This document shows, piece after piece, positions 27,299 to 35,965 of a stretch of DNA of 36,064 nucleotides. Below the pieces are notes generated by a model, which saw nothing but the letters and a program-made list of their open reading frames with translations, was not told the DNA's origin and searched no databases. Position 1 is the stretch's first letter. Every line of letters begins with the position of its first letter. The stretch covers positions 1-36,064 of the forward strand of contig RFSY01000001.1 of assembly GCA_009923805.1 (NCBI GenBank). The letters are read 5' to 3'. Made by a program: the position numbers and the translations under genes. This stretch comes from Actinomycetota bacterium (GTDB lineage Bacteria > Actinomycetota > Actinomycetes > Nanopelagicales > Nanopelagicaceae).

Positions 27299-27664
27299 AT
27301 CCCATTTGTTTCCATATGCGTCTTTGAAGACTACGACCTGTCCATATGCCTCCGAGCGTGGCTCTTCGATAAATTCAATCCCTTTACTCTTGTAGCTTGA
27401 GTATGTCTCTAAAAAATTTGTTGTGTAAAGGAAGAAGCCAACACGCCCACCTGTCGAATTTCCAATGGCAGCTCGCTGATCTTCATTTGAAGCTTTTGCA
27501 AGCAAGATGCGTGCCCCAGATGAACTAGGGGCGATGACAACCCAGCGTTTATCGGCAGTCAATGCAGTGTCTTCAATAAGTGTAAAACCTAGATCGTTTA
27601 CATAATGTGAAATTGCGAGATCATATTCATCGATTACGATTGCAATCATTCCAAGGGTATTCAT
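27269..27664 (-). CDS. VOC/glyoxalase family protein
   Basis: 'LGFTLIED', 'RWV', 'EEPR.E.YG.VVVFKDAYGNKWDL'. Confidence 0.85.
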   Translation of the reverse strand: MNTLGMIAIVIDEYDLAISHYVNDLGFTLIEDTALTADKRWVVIAPSSSGARILLAKASNEDQRAAIGNSTGGRVGFFLYTTNFLETYSSYKSKGIEFIEEPRSEAYGQVVVFKDAYGNKWDLIEQKQFRK

Positions 27665-28153
27665 TTATTCGCCCACATTCATTGGTTGAGCGCTGGTGCA
27701 TTCAATGAGCTCGGCATACGTTGTTGGATACACAGCATGTGGATGACCTGACGCTGCCCAAACAACGTCATAGTCATTGAGTGCCTCATCAATCAAAGTT
27801 ATTTCAGGAGCAGAAGTCCAACCAATAGGGGACACACCACCCACGGAATATCCGGATACCTCTTTCACATAGTTGGCATCGGCACGACCTAGTTCAGGGA
27901 TATTTAAATTCTTTGCAACAAGCTCAGTATCAACTCGATGGCGGCCACTAGTAATGATTAACAATGGATTGCCTGATGGAAGTCTGAAGATCAGCGATGA
28001 CGCAATCTGGCCAACTTCGATACCAAGGCTATTGGCGGCATCGAGAGCGGTTCGTGCAGTATCTGCAAGAACTTTTACCTCACCCTTCACACCCAGAGAA
28101 CGAGCCGCATCGATAAATCTTTTTACTGCAGCTTTCTCTAAAACTCCGTCCAT
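27665..28153 (-). CDS. YbaK/EbsC family aminoacyl-tRNA deacylase-like protein
   Basis: 'RTA..AA..LG.E.GQIASSL', 'GYSVGGVSPIG', 'WAASGHP'. Confidence 0.85.
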   Translation of the reverse strand: MDGVLEKAAVKRFIDAARSLGVKGEVKVLADTARTALDAANSLGIEVGQIASSLIFRLPSGNPLLIITSGRHRVDTELVAKNLNIPELGRADANYVKEVSGYSVGGVSPIGWTSAPEITLIDEALNDYDVVWAASGHPHAVYPTTYAELIECTSAQPMNVGE

Positions 28154-28182
28154 GTGGGCACTTTATAAGATACCTTCACCAA

Positions 28183-29403
28183 ATGTCTTCGCCTGCTCTG
28201 ACTCTTTTTCAACGCGGCATTCGTGCACGAAATGCGATTTGGGCATGTTTTTTTCTTCTAGGTTTTCTTGGTCTTGCATGGGTGCCACGAATTCCTGAGA
28301 TTAAAGATTCGCTAGGACTATCAGATGGCCAGTTTGGTTTACTGCTGCTTGCAAGCACAGCGGGTGCAGTACCCGGAGCGCAACTTGCAGGGCGCATGGT
28401 GCATATGTATTCATCCAAGGTAGTCATTCAGATATCTGGAATCAGTATGCCAATCGGTGTATTTGTTATGGGATATGCATCTAATGTCCCTGTTCTCGCT
28501 GTGGGATTGCTCATCACAGGTTTTAGCATTCCATTTATCGATGTTGCAATGAATAGCCAAGCCGTTGAAATTGAAAAAATAACGCAGGGGCGATGGATGT
28601 CTAGTTTCCATGGGCTCTGGAGTATTGGTGCTTTCTCTGCCACCCTCTTTGGTGGAGCAGTAGCACGCGTGATGACACCCCGTCAGAATTTATATCTGAT
28701 TGCAGTTCTCGGATTATTCGCATTCTTAGTCGCTGTTCATTATTTACTGCCTGCAGAGTTAGATGGTCACCTTGGTGAAGAAGGAACAACGACAGAATCA
28801 AAGATTCCGCTCTTTGGCAAAAGCGTAATTGTTCTCTGGGCGCTTGGACTCGGACTTATCTGCTCACTTATTCCTGAAGGTGGCGCTTTTGAATGGAGTG
28901 GAATTTTACTGAAAGATCACATGGGTATTGGAAAAGGGCTCACCGCAGCGGCTGCCACAACTTTCTCAGTTGCAATGATTGTCAGTCGACTTATTGGCGA
29001 TAAATTCTTTGATATGTGGGGCCATGTGAAGACGGTTAGGCGTGGTGGAATTTTCGGTGGAACTTTATGGGGCTTAGGTTTGCTGATAGGTATTCCGCTA
29101 TCGCACTCTCATCAATTGCTCGGCTTGGTAATTGTCTGCCTTGGTTTTGCAGCTGCCGGATTTGGAATGGGTCCATTCTTTCCAGCGTTCTATCTTGCAG
29201 CCGCATCTGTTCCAGGAATCGCGCCATCAGTTGGGCTAGCTCGAGTAGGAATCATTGCCTTCGGTGCTTATTTTGCAGGGCCAACGCTCATGGGGGGCAT
29301 CGCCGAAGTCGCTTCGCTTCCGATTGCTTTCATCTTTCCTGTTGCACTATTTTTTATTGTCGCCAATCAAGCTAAATACATCAAGGTCCGCGAGATTAAT
29401 TAA
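28183..29403 (+). CDS. MFS transporter
   Basis: About 12 TM segments, 'WVPRIPEIK..LGLS.G..GLLL', 'DVAMN.Q', 'MSSFHGLWSIG'. Confidence 0.88.
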   Translation: MSSPALTLFQRGIRARNAIWACFFLLGFLGLAWVPRIPEIKDSLGLSDGQFGLLLLASTAGAVPGAQLAGRMVHMYSSKVVIQISGISMPIGVFVMGYASNVPVLAVGLLITGFSIPFIDVAMNSQAVEIEKITQGRWMSSFHGLWSIGAFSATLFGGAVARVMTPRQNLYLIAVLGLFAFLVAVHYLLPAELDGHLGEEGTTTESKIPLFGKSVIVLWALGLGLICSLIPEGGAFEWSGILLKDHMGIGKGLTAAAATTFSVAMIVSRLIGDKFFDMWGHVKTVRRGGIFGGTLWGLGLLIGIPLSHSHQLLGLVIVCLGFAAAGFGMGPFFPAFYLAAASVPGIAPSVGLARVGIIAFGAYFAGPTLMGGIAEVASLPIAFIFPVALFFIVANQAKYIKVREIN

Positions 29404-30140
29404 AGCCAGGTTTGTGCAACAGTAAATGCCGCAATAGCAAAGAGTAAGTAAGCAAATGAAGTGCGCAAGATCTTTGGATTGCTGCGATGTGCTTGTGATG
29501 ATGCAATTTGAGCGACAACAATTGCTGCAGATCCAATAAAGATTGGGATATGCCACTGCACATCACCCCACTGCGAACGATGGCCAATAAATGCAGTCAA
29601 TGAGTTTAGGCAGATTATTAAGAGTGAAGTTCCTGCAGCTACAACTTGTGGAGTGTTGAAGAAAAGAACCAATACTGGAATTGCAAGGAAGCCACCACCG
29701 ATTCCAAAGAGACCCGTGATAGATCCAATCAGTAAAGACATCAAAATCAGGACCGGTATCGGCATACGTTTGTGCTCATCAAGTTTTGGTGGCCTCAGCA
29801 TCGAAGTTCCAGCAAGTAAGAGCACAGCGGCAAAGCCAGTTGTGATAAATGCATCAGATAATTTGTCGGCAATCGAAGAGAAACCAAGGTTAGTAATCAG
29901 GCCCATGCCCCAAATAACGAAGGCATCGCGAAAGAGAATTTGATTTTTGCGGACTTTAGGAATTACACCAGAGGCGGCTGCGAGAAATACAACAGCAAGT
30001 GCTGCAGTTGTGGCTTGCTTAGGTTCAAATCCAAAGCCATAGATAAGGATTGGCACTGAGAGCATTGCGCCACCCGCGCCGACAAAGCCCAGGACTGCTC
30101 CGATAAACGAGCCGGCCACGAGGGCTGCAAAGATTTCCAT
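29400..30140 (-). CDS. TauE/SafE sulfite exporter family protein
   Basis: Duplicated 'G...G..GAGG....VP' and 'GLFGIGGGFLAIP' motifs, 'AAGTSL'. Confidence 0.85.
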   Translation of the reverse strand: MEIFAALVAGSFIGAVLGFVGAGGAMLSVPILIYGFGFEPKQATTAALAVVFLAAASGVIPKVRKNQILFRDAFVIWGMGLITNLGFSSIADKLSDAFITTGFAAVLLLAGTSMLRPPKLDEHKRMPIPVLILMSLLIGSITGLFGIGGGFLAIPVLVLFFNTPQVVAAGTSLLIICLNSLTAFIGHRSQWGDVQWHIPIFIGSAAIVVAQIASSQAHRSNPKILRTSFAYLLFAIAAFTVAQTWL

Positions 30141-30157
30141 GGCTTCATCATCTCAGG

Positions 30158-30194
30158 AAAAGCAGAACGCCCCCCGATTAATCGAGGGGCGTCC
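30158..30194 (-). terminator. Intrinsic terminator after doxX
   Basis: Minus strand GGACGCCCCUCGAU-UA-AUCGGGGGGCGUUC hairpin followed by UGCUUUU, about 15 nt past the doxX stop. Confidence 0.75.
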
Positions 30195-30209
30195 TGAGTG
30201 AAGTTTTGA

Positions 30210-30632
30210 TTACTTGTTAAAGAAAGAGATATTTCCTACGTGTGGACCGAAGTCTGTGACATGTCCACTTGCAATAAGTGCGAAGAGAATGAGTGCTGCG
30301 CCAGCAAGTCCTAGATTCTTATTGAAAGCGATCATTTCATTCTGCTTTGCTGTTGCATCTGTCTCTTTCCAGAAATTATGGAAGATGACTGCTGCAATGA
30401 TAAGTGTGATTGCGAGCAAGAGAGCGCCCAGGTCAACCCAGATGCCGGCAACGATGTAGAGGCCGCCAAGAAGGAAGAAGAGACCTGATGCAAGAACGCC
30501 AAGCTTTGCAGCTGGAAGCTTCTTGTACTTTGCATAACCTGTCATCGCTTCAAGCTTTGCGAAGTGAGCGATACCTGATGTGATGAAGATGAAGGCGAAG
30601 AAGATTCGGCCGATAACGAGAATTGCGTTCAA
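30210..30632 (-). CDS. DoxX family membrane protein
   Basis: 'GRIFFAFIFITSGIAH', 'FHNFW', 'FNKNLGLAGAAL'; TTG start with AGGAGA Shine-Dalgarno. Confidence 0.85.
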   Translation of the reverse strand: MNAILVIGRIFFAFIFITSGIAHFAKLEAMTGYAKYKKLPAAKLGVLASGLFFLLGGLYIVAGIWVDLGALLLAITLIIAAVIFHNFWKETDATAKQNEMIAFNKNLGLAGAALILFALIASGHVTDFGPHVGNISFFNK

Positions 30633-30673
30633 TTATTTCTCCTAAGAGTGAGGGGTATGTACTTCGCCAATAG

Positions 30674-30691
30674 TAGTTGAAATTTCAACTA
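30674..30691. promoter_or_regulatory. Perfect 18-bp palindromic operator candidate upstream of doxX
   Basis: TAGTTGAAA|TTTCAACTA, about 40 bp upstream of the doxX start. Confidence 0.7.
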
Positions 30692-30764
30692 TCTCTAGCC
30701 ACACCACGCCTCGGTGGAGATCTATCTGAGCCCATCTGAGCCTGGACTTAGGCGGCGCTTGCCC

Positions 30765-30787
30765 TTGTCAGCGCTCTGGACTACTTT
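30765..30787 (+). promoter_or_regulatory. RecA-NDp / PafBC-type DNA-damage promoter
   Basis: TTGTCAGCG-ctctggac-TACTTT fits TGTCRG-N10-TAnnnT with exact spacing. Confidence 0.7.
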
Positions 30788-30803
30788 TCGAACATCTGTT
30801 CGA
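30788..30803. promoter_or_regulatory. LexA SOS box
   Basis: TCGAAC-ATCT-GTTCGA matches the actinobacterial consensus TCGAAC-N4-GTTCGA; it is 32 bp upstream of the cassette's first gene. Confidence 0.92.
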
Positions 30804-30835
30804 ATATCCACAAGTACCAGGGGAAGTAGCAAAAA

Positions 30836-31114
30836 ATGGCAGCAGAAGTAGTAAGGCCTCATGAGGTCGTATCCGATGGCGGACTGACACCTATCGAATT
30901 CACCTTTAAGGGGCGACGTTTTCGTATTCATGCAGTTTTATCGCGATGGTGCGAGGCCGGCGGATGGTGGAATCGCATTAGCGATGGAAAGTTTCGTCCC
31001 GATGATCAAGCACGTGCACTTTGGACTGTAGAGGCAGCACCTATTGGCGCACTAACAACATTCGAACTCGAACGCGATGAGACAACCGGTCAATGGATTA
31101 TTAGAGCTATCTAG
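30836..31114 (+). CDS. Small DUF6504-like protein (resembles the ImuB C-terminal domain)
   Basis: 'P..F.FKGRRFRI..VL.RW.E.GGWW' and 'FELERD...GQW.I'; stop codon is 1 nt before the dnaE2 ATG. Confidence 0.75.
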   Translation: MAAEVVRPHEVVSDGGLTPIEFTFKGRRFRIHAVLSRWCEAGGWWNRISDGKFRPDDQARALWTVEAAPIGALTTFELERDETTGQWIIRAI

Positions 31115-31115
31115 C

Positions 31116-34100
31116 ATGAGTTTTATCCACCTACGCACAGCAAGTGCCTACTCACTTAAATACGGAACAACGCAACCACGCGATTTAGTGGCACGTGCAT
31201 CTGAATTTGAGATGCCGGCCCTAGCGCTCACAGATCGCGATGGGCTGGCTGGTGCAATCCGTTTTACTAAAGCGTGTGTATCTGATGGCATTGCACCCAT
31301 TATCGGAATCAACTTGCCGATTTATATCGGTGATACATCGGGTGTATTGCCACGCATCACACTCTTGGCACATGGCGATGGGGGATGGTCCAGTTTAGTG
31401 CGGTTAATGACAGGTATACATATGAATACCGATAGTCGAAAGCCGGTACTGACTCGTGAACTTCTAGAAAAATTTAGTCAGTACACATCAAATCTGCATG
31501 TGCTACATGGTCCTGAATCACCAGTATCGCAAGCAATTGCTACACATCGCTTTGATGCAGCCCTAGATATCTTTAATCAAACTCGCGATCTCTTTGCAGA
31601 TCACGCTATCGAATGCGTATCCCACTTGGTAGCTGGCAACGGCCCGCGCTCTACGGCCCATGCTGCCCGCAGCCTTATCTTTGCTCGTGATAACGATATT
31701 GATGCAGTAATTACCAATGCTGTTCGTATGCGCGATCGATCTGATGGTCCAGTTGCCGATATCTTAGATTGCGCTCGCCAGCTGGTTCCTCTGCATCCAC
31801 GCAACGTCGAACGTCGCAACGCTGAAGGTTATTTAAAGAGCAGTGATGAAATGGCTTCCTTGGCTTCTGAAATTGCACAAGCAGCGGGTGAACGCACACC
31901 CCGTTTACTTTTAAAGACAACTCGCCAATGGGCAGAACGCGCAGTCTTATCACCACATCGCGATATTGGATTAGGCGCAATCCATCTTCCTGAAGCCCAC
32001 GTTGTTGGCGCTGATTCACCTGCTGCAATGCGCACCTTATTGCGGACTCGTTCTGAAGCCGGAATCAACTGGCGCTATAACGATGGCGCAACCATTGCAA
32101 AGGCGCGCGCACGTCTTGATGACGAACTGGCAACAGTTGCAACACTGGGATACGAGTCATACTTTCTTACCGTTGCAGATATCACCGATATGGCGCGGGC
32201 TGCCGATATTCGCGTTGCAGCACGTGGCAGCGGTGCAGGTTCTTTAATCTGTCACTTACTCGGAATTTCTGGTGTTGATCCGATGCAACACGGGTTGCTC
32301 ATGGAGCGCTTCTGCTCGCCTCTTCGCCGCGCACTTCCTGATATCGATATCGATGTTGAATCGGCAAGACGCCTTGAAATCTATGAGATGGTCTTCAAAC
32401 GTTATGGAGCGCAAGATTGGAGCAAACCCGGTGCGCTATCGCGATGTGCAACTGTTGCAATGGTCGACACATATCGGGCACGTCATGCGATCCGCGATGC
32501 AGGTGCAGCCCTTGGCATGCCTGCAATGGAGATTGATTTATTAGCAAAATCAATGCCACATATCCGCGCCGGAAATATTGAAGCAGCCCTAGCCTCTTTG
32601 CCAGAGCTAAAGAATATGAATACATCAGCGCCGCTAACTCGGGCAACAATTGCGTTAGCTGCCCGCCTTGATGGCCTACCTCGACATCTTGCAATGCATC
32701 CATGTGCAATGGTCTTATCAGATGCAGCTTTTCTTGATCGCGCACCTGTGCAATTAAATGCTGGTGGCTTTCCTATGGTCGAATTTGATAAAGATGATGT
32801 TGAAGATATTGGCCTGCTTAAACTCGATATCTTGGGTGTGCGAATGCAATCTGCTATTGCATATGCGGTACATGAAATTAAACGTATTGATAAGACAGAG
32901 ATTGATATTGATGCAGTGCCACTTGATGATGGCGATACCTATAACCTCATTCAGTCAACGCGCACATTAGGTATCTTTCAAGTAGAAAGCCCCGGACAGC
33001 GCGAACTCGTGGGCAAACTCCAGCCGCGCACATTTAACGATTTAATTATCGATATCTCACTCTTTCGGCCAGGGCCGGTGAAGAGTGACATGATTCGCCC
33101 ATTTCTTGATGCCAGACATGGGTGGAAGCCGGCGCAGATCATTCATCCTGATTTACTGCCGATTTTGTCTGAAACCGAAGGTGTAGTTGTCTTTCATGAG
33201 CAAGTTATCTCAATCATTTCGGTGATGACTGGCATCTCACTTGCTGCAGCTGATGAAAAACGCAGAGCGCTGGGGGATAGGGCTGGCCAGCAAGAAGTCT
33301 GTGATTGGTTCTTTCCTGCTGCAACTGAGCGCGGCTATGAAGTAAAAGTGATCACTGAAATCTGGGATGTGCTGCGTGCATTTGCAGCTTTTGGTTTCTG
33401 CAAAGCTCATGCTGCAGCTTTTGCCCTGCCTACATATCAATCTGCATGGCTGAAGACACATCACCCAGCGGCATTTATGGCTGGTGTATTAACGCACGAC
33501 CCCGGCATGTATCCCAAGCGATTAATGCTCGATGAAGCGCGCCAGATGGGAGTCGGTATTGCTTCCCTTGATATCAATAAATCATCTGCTGATTATCGCG
33601 TTGAACGAACACTCGATGGTGATGTAATTCGTATCGCCTTTTCCACGGTTGCTGGAATTTCTGAGAAAGAGATTGCATCCATTATTACCGGCCAGCCCTA
33701 TATCGATCTCGCCGATTTCTATCGTAGATCTGGCGCATCAACACCGGTGGTTGAAAATCTTATTCTGACTGGTGCATTTGATTCGATTCATACCAACCAA
33801 CGCGACCTTCTGATGCACTTTACTGATTTGCAGAAATCACCAGTAGCTCACTTACCGGGTTCGCAACTCACCTTTGGTTTTCCTGCACCAGAGCTTGAAA
33901 GCAGTGGCCTTAAACCGATGAACTCTGCAGAAAAGGTACGCAGTGAAGTTGAGAAGTTAGGGATGGATGTCACCGAACACATGCTTACTTTCTATGCGCC
34001 ATTTCTTAATGCAATCGGGGCGGTCAAATCATCCGATCTACTTGATCTGCGTTCACAATCATCGGTACTTGTAGCAGGGGTCAAAGTCGCTCTGCAAACT

Positions 34101-34352
34101 CCACCGGTACGTTCAGGTCGCCGCGTCATCTTTCTAACACTCGATGATGGATATGGATGCAGCGATTCAACTTTCTTTCCTGATGCACAAGTCGATCATG
34201 CATCCACCTTGTATTCCACATCGCTGCTCTTAGTGCGCGGGCAGACCCGTCGCACAGGTGCGCGTGGAATATCAATACGGGCTACTGCTGTCTGGGACCT
34301 GCGCCTTGCTTATGAAAGATGGCGCAGACAACAAGATAGTGTGGCGATATGA
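31116..34352 (+). CDS. dnaE2: Error-prone DNA polymerase III alpha-type (DnaE2-like)
   Basis: Degenerate PHP start 'HLRTASAYS', RGSGAGS, catalytic PDIDID, FQVESPGQ, FGFCKAHA, C-terminal OB fold; preceded by an SOS box. Confidence 0.9.
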   Translation: MSFIHLRTASAYSLKYGTTQPRDLVARASEFEMPALALTDRDGLAGAIRFTKACVSDGIAPIIGINLPIYIGDTSGVLPRITLLAHGDGGWSSLVRLMTGIHMNTDSRKPVLTRELLEKFSQYTSNLHVLHGPESPVSQAIATHRFDAALDIFNQTRDLFADHAIECVSHLVAGNGPRSTAHAARSLIFARDNDIDAVITNAVRMRDRSDGPVADILDCARQLVPLHPRNVERRNAEGYLKSSDEMASLASEIAQAAGERTPRLLLKTTRQWAERAVLSPHRDIGLGAIHLPEAHVVGADSPAAMRTLLRTRSEAGINWRYNDGATIAKARARLDDELATVATLGYESYFLTVADITDMARAADIRVAARGSGAGSLICHLLGISGVDPMQHGLLMERFCSPLRRALPDIDIDVESARRLEIYEMVFKRYGAQDWSKPGALSRCATVAMVDTYRARHAIRDAGAALGMPAMEIDLLAKSMPHIRAGNIEAALASLPELKNMNTSAPLTRATIALAARLDGLPRHLAMHPCAMVLSDAAFLDRAPVQLNAGGFPMVEFDKDDVEDIGLLKLDILGVRMQSAIAYAVHEIKRIDKTEIDIDAVPLDDGDTYNLIQSTRTLGIFQVESPGQRELVGKLQPRTFNDLIIDISLFRPGPVKSDMIRPFLDARHGWKPAQIIHPDLLPILSETEGVVVFHEQVISIISVMTGISLAAADEKRRALGDRAGQQEVCDWFFPAATERGYEVKVITEIWDVLRAFAAFGFCKAHAAAFALPTYQSAWLKTHHPAAFMAGVLTHDPGMYPKRLMLDEARQMGVGIASLDINKSSADYRVERTLDGDVIRIAFSTVAGISEKEIASIITGQPYIDLADFYRRSGASTPVVENLILTGAFDSIHTNQRDLLMHFTDLQKSPVAHLPGSQLTFGFPAPELESSGLKPMNSAEKVRSEVEKLGMDVTEHMLTFYAPFLNAIGAVKSSDLLDLRSQSSVLVAGVKVALQTPPVRSGRRVIFLTLDDGYGCSDSTFFPDAQVDHASTLYSTSLLLVRGQTRRTGARGISIRATAVWDLRLAYERWRRQQDSVAI

Positions 34353-35530
34353 GCGAAGAGTTGGCGCAAGCAACAATCTTGCATGTAGATATGGATGCCT
34401 TCTATGCATCTGTGGCCGAACTCGACAATCCACAATATAAAGGCAAGGCGCTCGTTGTAGGAGCCGGAGTACGCGGCGTTGTTCTGTCAGCTAATTATGA
34501 AGCACGAAAATTCGGTATCCGCGCTGCAATGCCAGTAGGGCGAGCTAAACGAATGGCGCCACATGCAATCTTTATTGCACCCGAGCACCATCGATATTCA
34601 GAAATTTCAGAGCGAATTATGCAGATATTTCATTCTTACACACCACTTGTTGAACCAATATCTTTGGATGAAGCATTTCTTGATGTCACGGGTTCTAAAA
34701 AACTATTCGGTGATGGTCGCGAGATTGCGGCAAAGATTCGAGCAGAAGTCGAGAAGGCCGAAGGCATCACTTGTTCAGTGGGCATTGCGCAATCAAAGTT
34801 CATTGCAAAGCTTGCATCACAACATTGCAAACCAAATGGCATGCTCGAAATCAAATCAGATCGCATTCTCGAATTTCTCCATCCGCTGCCAGTTCGCGCC
34901 ATCTGGGGAGTAGGACCAAAGACTGCTGAATCACTTGATCGCCTGGGACTTCATACCGTTGCAGATATCGCCAATACTCCTCGTGCCACACTGATTCGCG
35001 CATTGGGGGATGCAACAGGTGAATCACTTTATGAGCTTGCATGGGGCCGCGACTATCGCGATGTTGTTCCAGATGAACCCGAGAAAAGTATCGGCAATGA
35101 AGAGACTTTTGCTCGCGATATCGATAGCCCCGAGGAGATCTTGGCAGAATTTCTACGTATGACCGAGAAAGCAACTGCGCGACTTCGGGCGAGAAATCTT
35201 TTTGCAAAGACAATTAGCATCAAGATTAAGTTCGCAGATTTTTCATCCATTACTCGCTCTAAGACTGTGCCACTTGGTATCGATGGCACCCATGAAACGT
35301 ATGAGATTGTGAAGAAGTTATATCTGGCATTGCGCAACGATGGTGCTCGTATTCGATTGGTTGGGGTATCACTTAGCAACCTCGGGGAAGATTCACCGGT
35401 TCAACTCGAACTCGGAGCTCGAGAGCGCGGTTGGCGGGATGCTGATACCGCCATCGATAAGGCGGAGGCTCGATTTGGGCGTGGCAGTGTGCGCCCTGGG
35501 CGGCTTATCAAGGACGGTGACGCCGAGTAG
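34349..35530 (+). CDS. dinB: DNA polymerase IV
   Basis: HVDMDAFYASV, SANYEARKFG, SLDEAFLD, 'IWGVG.KT', C-terminal QLEL clamp-like motif; ATGA overlap with dnaE2. Confidence 0.95.
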   Translation: MSEELAQATILHVDMDAFYASVAELDNPQYKGKALVVGAGVRGVVLSANYEARKFGIRAAMPVGRAKRMAPHAIFIAPEHHRYSEISERIMQIFHSYTPLVEPISLDEAFLDVTGSKKLFGDGREIAAKIRAEVEKAEGITCSVGIAQSKFIAKLASQHCKPNGMLEIKSDRILEFLHPLPVRAIWGVGPKTAESLDRLGLHTVADIANTPRATLIRALGDATGESLYELAWGRDYRDVVPDEPEKSIGNEETFARDIDSPEEILAEFLRMTEKATARLRARNLFAKTISIKIKFADFSSITRSKTVPLGIDGTHETYEIVKKLYLALRNDGARIRLVGVSLSNLGEDSPVQLELGARERGWRDADTAIDKAEARFGRGSVRPGRLIKDGDAE

Positions 35531-35562
35531 CGCAGGAAAAAGAAGTGTTCTACAGTGTCGTT

Positions 35563-35916
35563 ATGTCACTATCTGATCGCGAACGTCGCCTTTTGGCCGA
35601 GATGGAGCAGGCTCTGGCGACTGATGACCCACGTTTGCAATCAACGCTAGCTGGTTCAACGATGACCCCAACCAAGCCACGTCTGCTCTTGGGCATTGGT
35701 CTTATCTTCCTGGGAATCGTGGTTATCTTCGGTGGTCTGATCGCTAAGCAGACACCTATTGGGGTAGTCGGATTCCTCTTCGCACTTGTCGGGCTGCTCA
35801 TGCTGATTCGCTCTATTAGCGCCCCTGCAGCTAAGGGTGCACCACGCAGAAAAGGCGCTCGCACCTCATTCTCAGATCGCCTGCAAGAGCGTTGGGATCG
35901 ACGTAACTTCAACTAA
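35563..35916 (+). CDS. DUF3040 family membrane protein
   Basis: 'MSLSDRERRLLAEMEQAL..DDP', two TM helices, 'RLQERWDRR'; TACAGT lies 6 nt upstream of ATG 35563. Confidence 0.85.
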   Translation: MSLSDRERRLLAEMEQALATDDPRLQSTLAGSTMTPTKPRLLLGIGLIFLGIVVIFGGLIAKQTPIGVVGFLFALVGLLMLIRSISAPAAKGAPRRKGARTSFSDRLQERWDRRNFN

Positions 35917-35937
35917 TTTCCCGCAATCAACCCTCTC

Positions 35938-35965
35938 AGCCCTGGCCAATGGTCGGGGCTTTTTT
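35938..35965 (+). terminator. Intrinsic terminator after DUF3040
   Basis: AGCCCUGGCC-AAU-GGUCGGGGCU followed by a U run. Confidence 0.85.

Noticed and set aside
30724-30742. ATCTGAGCC direct repeat (two copies, 10-bp period)
   Set aside because: Could be a regulator site, but two short copies are too little evidence without conservation data.
30722-30931. 69-aa minus-strand ORF across the SOS promoter
   Set aside because: Overlaps the LexA box, the promoter and the DUF6504-like gene; no recognisable motif or start signal.
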